From: an uncultured Conexibacteraceae bacterium
Lineage (GTDB): Bacteria; Actinomycetota; Thermoleophilia; Solirubrobacterales; 70-9
NCBI GenBank assembly: GCA_964533285.1
Contig: CAZHLT010000277.1
Span: 1-54,243, forward strand
DNA length: 54,243 nt
Reading direction: 5' to 3'
This document shows positions 52,510 to 54,243 of the stretch, piece by piece. The number at the start of each line of letters is the position of its first letter. Position 1 is the stretch's first letter. Both the position numbers and the translations under genes were made by a program. The notes below the pieces were generated by a model. That model was not told where the DNA came from and made no database searches. It was given only the letters and a program-made list of their open reading frames with translations.

Positions 52510-53358
52510 CTATCCAGCGCCCTTGGCGCCGAAACCGAAGCCCCAGCCGGCATACGGGACCTGACTGAAGTCCCAGCCGCCCTCCGGCGCCCTGACCGGA
52601 GCCGGGCCGTCCCCCGCCGGGACCGGCTCGCACGGGCCGACCTCGCCTTCGGCGACCCGCACCTGCCCGACGGTGTCGATGTGCGCGTGCTCGGAGGGAA
52701 CCGGACGCTGTTCGTCGGCGGCTGCGGGCGCGCCGGAGAAGACCACCGTCTGATCCGGCCGCAGCCCGGTGGGGTCGATCACGAAGCTCGGCCAATCGGC
52801 GGCGGAGTAGTCGCCCTGTTGGACGGCCTCGCGTATGTCTTCGTCCATCGCCTTGCGCTGGGGGTAGTCGCCGATCGCGATGGTCAGCGGGCCGTCGATG
52901 CTTTCGTAGTCGAAGCCGGCCCAGGGCTGGGGTTGGGGCTGGCCCGCCTGCAGCGTCCGCAGCAGCGCCATCGACGGCTGGTAATGCGGTTCGCGGCACG
53001 TCGTCCCCGCCGGGAGATAGGTCACCTGGGAGCGGACGCCGGCTTCCTCCAGAGCCTGTTCGACGCCTTCGGGATCGCCGAGGCTGTAGATCTTGACCAG
53101 GGTCCCGCCGCCCTGCTGGGGTTCGACCGCGAAGGCCGCGGGGGGGTTGTCGCCGCCGGCGATGACGATCAGCGCCGCGGCGACGGCGGGGACGGCGAGC
53201 GCGGCGCCAAGCGCTAGGCGCCGGCCGCGCCGGCGCCAGGATGGCGCGGTGACCGGTGCCGCTGCTGCCTGCGCCCGGGCGGCGGCGTCGAGGTCGGCGA
53301 CCGCTGCCTCGTGGAGGGCGTCGCCAAGGCGATCGAGCTGGTTGTCGATGTTGGTCAT
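52510..53358 (-). CDS. Single-pass membrane protein co-translated with the ECF sigma factor (putative anti-sigma factor)
   Basis: ATG 53358 in an ATGA overlap with the sigma stop. Cytoplasmic N-terminus, TM segment LALGAALAVPAVAAALIVIAG, ~200-aa extracytoplasmic domain. No HxxxCxxC zinc motif. Confidence 0.5.
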   Translation of the reverse strand: MTNIDNQLDRLGDALHEAAVADLDAAARAQAAAAPVTAPSWRRRGRRLALGAALAVPAVAAALIVIAGGDNPPAAFAVEPQQGGGTLVKIYSLGDPEGVEQALEEAGVRSQVTYLPAGTTCREPHYQPSMALLRTLQAGQPQPQPWAGFDYESIDGPLTIAIGDYPQRKAMDEDIREAVQQGDYSAADWPSFVIDPTGLRPDQTVVFSGAPAAADEQRPVPSEHAHIDTVGQVRVAEGEVGPCEPVPAGDGPAPVRAPEGGWDFSQVPYAGWGFGFGAKGAG

Positions 53359-54005
53359 CAGTGGTTCTCCTTTGAGTTGGAAAGACGTCGGCGCAGGGCA
53401 GCGAGACCACGGTGGACGCGAACGCGCGCCGCCGATCGACTGGTCCCCAGGGCCTCGGCTACCTCGTCGTAGTCGAGCTCGTCGATGATCCGCAGCCGCA
53501 ACGCGTCGCGCTGGGAGAGCGGCAGGGTGTCGAGCAGTTCGTCGGCTCCCTCCGCCCAGCCGGGCTCGGGAGTGGCGCCGGGCGCTTCGATGTCGAGGCG
53601 CTCGAGCACGCCGAGCCGGGCCGCGGTGCGGCGCTCGACCTCGCCGCGACGAACCGACATCAGCAGCACGTTGCGGGCGATGCCGAAGAGCCACGGCGCG
53701 AGCGAGCCGTCGCGCTGGTCCTCGAAGCGCTCCCTCATCACCCAGACCCGGGAGAACGTCTCGGCGGTCAGTTCGAGCGCCGAGTCCCCGCTGCCGGTGC
53801 GGCGGGCGAAGTAGCGGCAGAGACGCTCGCTGTAGCGGTCGTAGAGCTCGCGGAAGGCATCCGGGTCGCTGCCCGATGCCCGCAGGAGCTCGGCGTCGGC
53901 CGGAACCCCAGCGGACCCGGCGCGGCCCGGCTCACGTTCCCGAGGGCCGGACCACTCGGGCGCGGCTACCGCGTGGAGAGGTATGGGTTGGTTGGCCATG
54001 CCCAC
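53358..54005 (-). CDS. ECF-type RNA polymerase sigma-70 family factor
   Basis: Region 2 AFRELYDRYSERLCRYFARRTGSGDSALELTAETFSRVW. Region 4 LPLSQRDALRLRIIDELDYDEVAEALGTSRSAARVRVHRGLAALRRRL. Confidence 0.85.
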   Translation of the reverse strand: MGMANQPIPLHAVAAPEWSGPREREPGRAGSAGVPADAELLRASGSDPDAFRELYDRYSERLCRYFARRTGSGDSALELTAETFSRVWVMRERFEDQRDGSLAPWLFGIARNVLLMSVRRGEVERRTAARLGVLERLDIEAPGATPEPGWAEGADELLDTLPLSQRDALRLRIIDELDYDEVAEALGTSRSAARVRVHRGLAALRRRLSNSKENH

Positions 54006-54171
54006 TAATTGCAGCGGAGCCCGCCTGCGTTACACCACTTCTAGCGACGTGACCCGGGCGCGGAGTGCTCGACTCGGAGGAGGGACGATCGCGGCAACGT
54101 CAACCTCCCCGAAGAAATGGAACGCTATTGGAACGACGGGTCAGGGCTGAATCAACCTGGGACATAGAAAA

Positions 54172-54192
54172 AGGGCCTGCTTTGCAGGCCCT
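54172..54192 (-). terminator. Rho-independent-type terminator downstream of the tRNA gene
   Basis: 9-bp stem agggcctgc/gcaggccct with a 3-nt loop. On the minus strand it is followed by TTTTTCT, 8 nt after the tRNA 3' end. Confidence 0.6.
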
Positions 54193-54199
54193 TTCTGTA

Positions 54200-54243
54200 T
54201 AGCGGGGGCAGGATTCGAACCTGCGACCTTCGGGTTATGAGAT
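54200..54243 (-). tRNA. tRNA-Met (CAT), initiator-like; 5' half lies beyond the window edge
   Basis: The reverse complement reads ..CTCATAACCCGAAGGTCGCAGGTTCGAATCCTGCCCCCGCTA. It has anticodon loop CUCAUAA with a CCC-containing anticodon stem as in initiator tRNAs, an intact T-arm (GCAGG/CCTGC), discriminator A, and no encoded CCA. Confidence 0.7.

Overview
This is a high-GC (roughly 70%) chromosomal window that looks like Actinomycetota. A Thermoleophilia/Conexibacter-like origin is only a guess from gene content. Real genes lie mostly on the minus strand. Many long ORF-track entries are antisense or out-of-frame shadow ORFs typical of high-GC DNA, and I ignored them. All start codons are my own choices.

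Layout:
- (1) 1-2.1 kb: glcE/glcD glycolate-oxidase genes.
- (2) 2.9-5.8 kb: a decayed patch of mobile DNA. It holds fused ChrB and HNH fragments, a RelE/Phd pair, an Mrr_N-only winged-helix gene, a tyrosine-integrase fragment, a VapBC pair and a 26-codon serine-recombinase stub.
- (3) 5.8-20.7 kb: two very large secreted proteins (965 aa with an internally repeated module; 1361 aa with NHL, FN3-like and TolB-like propeller regions). They are flanked on both sides by an expansion of paralogous TetR-like regulators, followed by a MazEF pair and a secreted Ig-like/PASTA protein. Three promoter regions here share a 22-bp motif (CGTCTACAAAT core).
- (4) 20.7-27.7 kb: two pseudogenes, a RibD_C reductase, and a mycofactocin cluster (mftR-mftF divergent from mftA-B-C-D-SDR). 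mftA is a 39-codon ORF missing from the supplied track. No mftE is present.
- (5) 28-40.8 kb: a glutamine-synthetase-like ligase, a GntR regulator and a roughly 10-kb minus-strand operon (hyuA-hyuB, LivGFHM-type ABC transporter, binding protein, two SDRs, one with the mycofactocin-coupled signature).
- (6) 41-54.2 kb: composite mobile DNA next to an initiator-type tRNA-Met gene cut by the window edge. It comprises an IS1182-family IS, a 1.6-kb ATPase module, and a roughly 9.9-kb integrase-bearing island bounded by 42-nt copies of the tRNA 3' end.

The island carries HigB-like/XRE, a coiled-coil TIR protein plus an unknown 250-aa partner, VapBC, a ParB-like protein and an ECF sigma/anti-sigma pair.

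Best candidates for something undescribed:
- the TIR plus 250-aa module on the island;
- the giant secreted-protein pair with its TetR paralog swarm and shared operator;
- the mftE-less mycofactocin cluster linked to a lactam/amine-type catabolic operon.

Several small conserved genes show -1 frameshifts at G/C homopolymers. These could be sequencing artefacts rather than biology.
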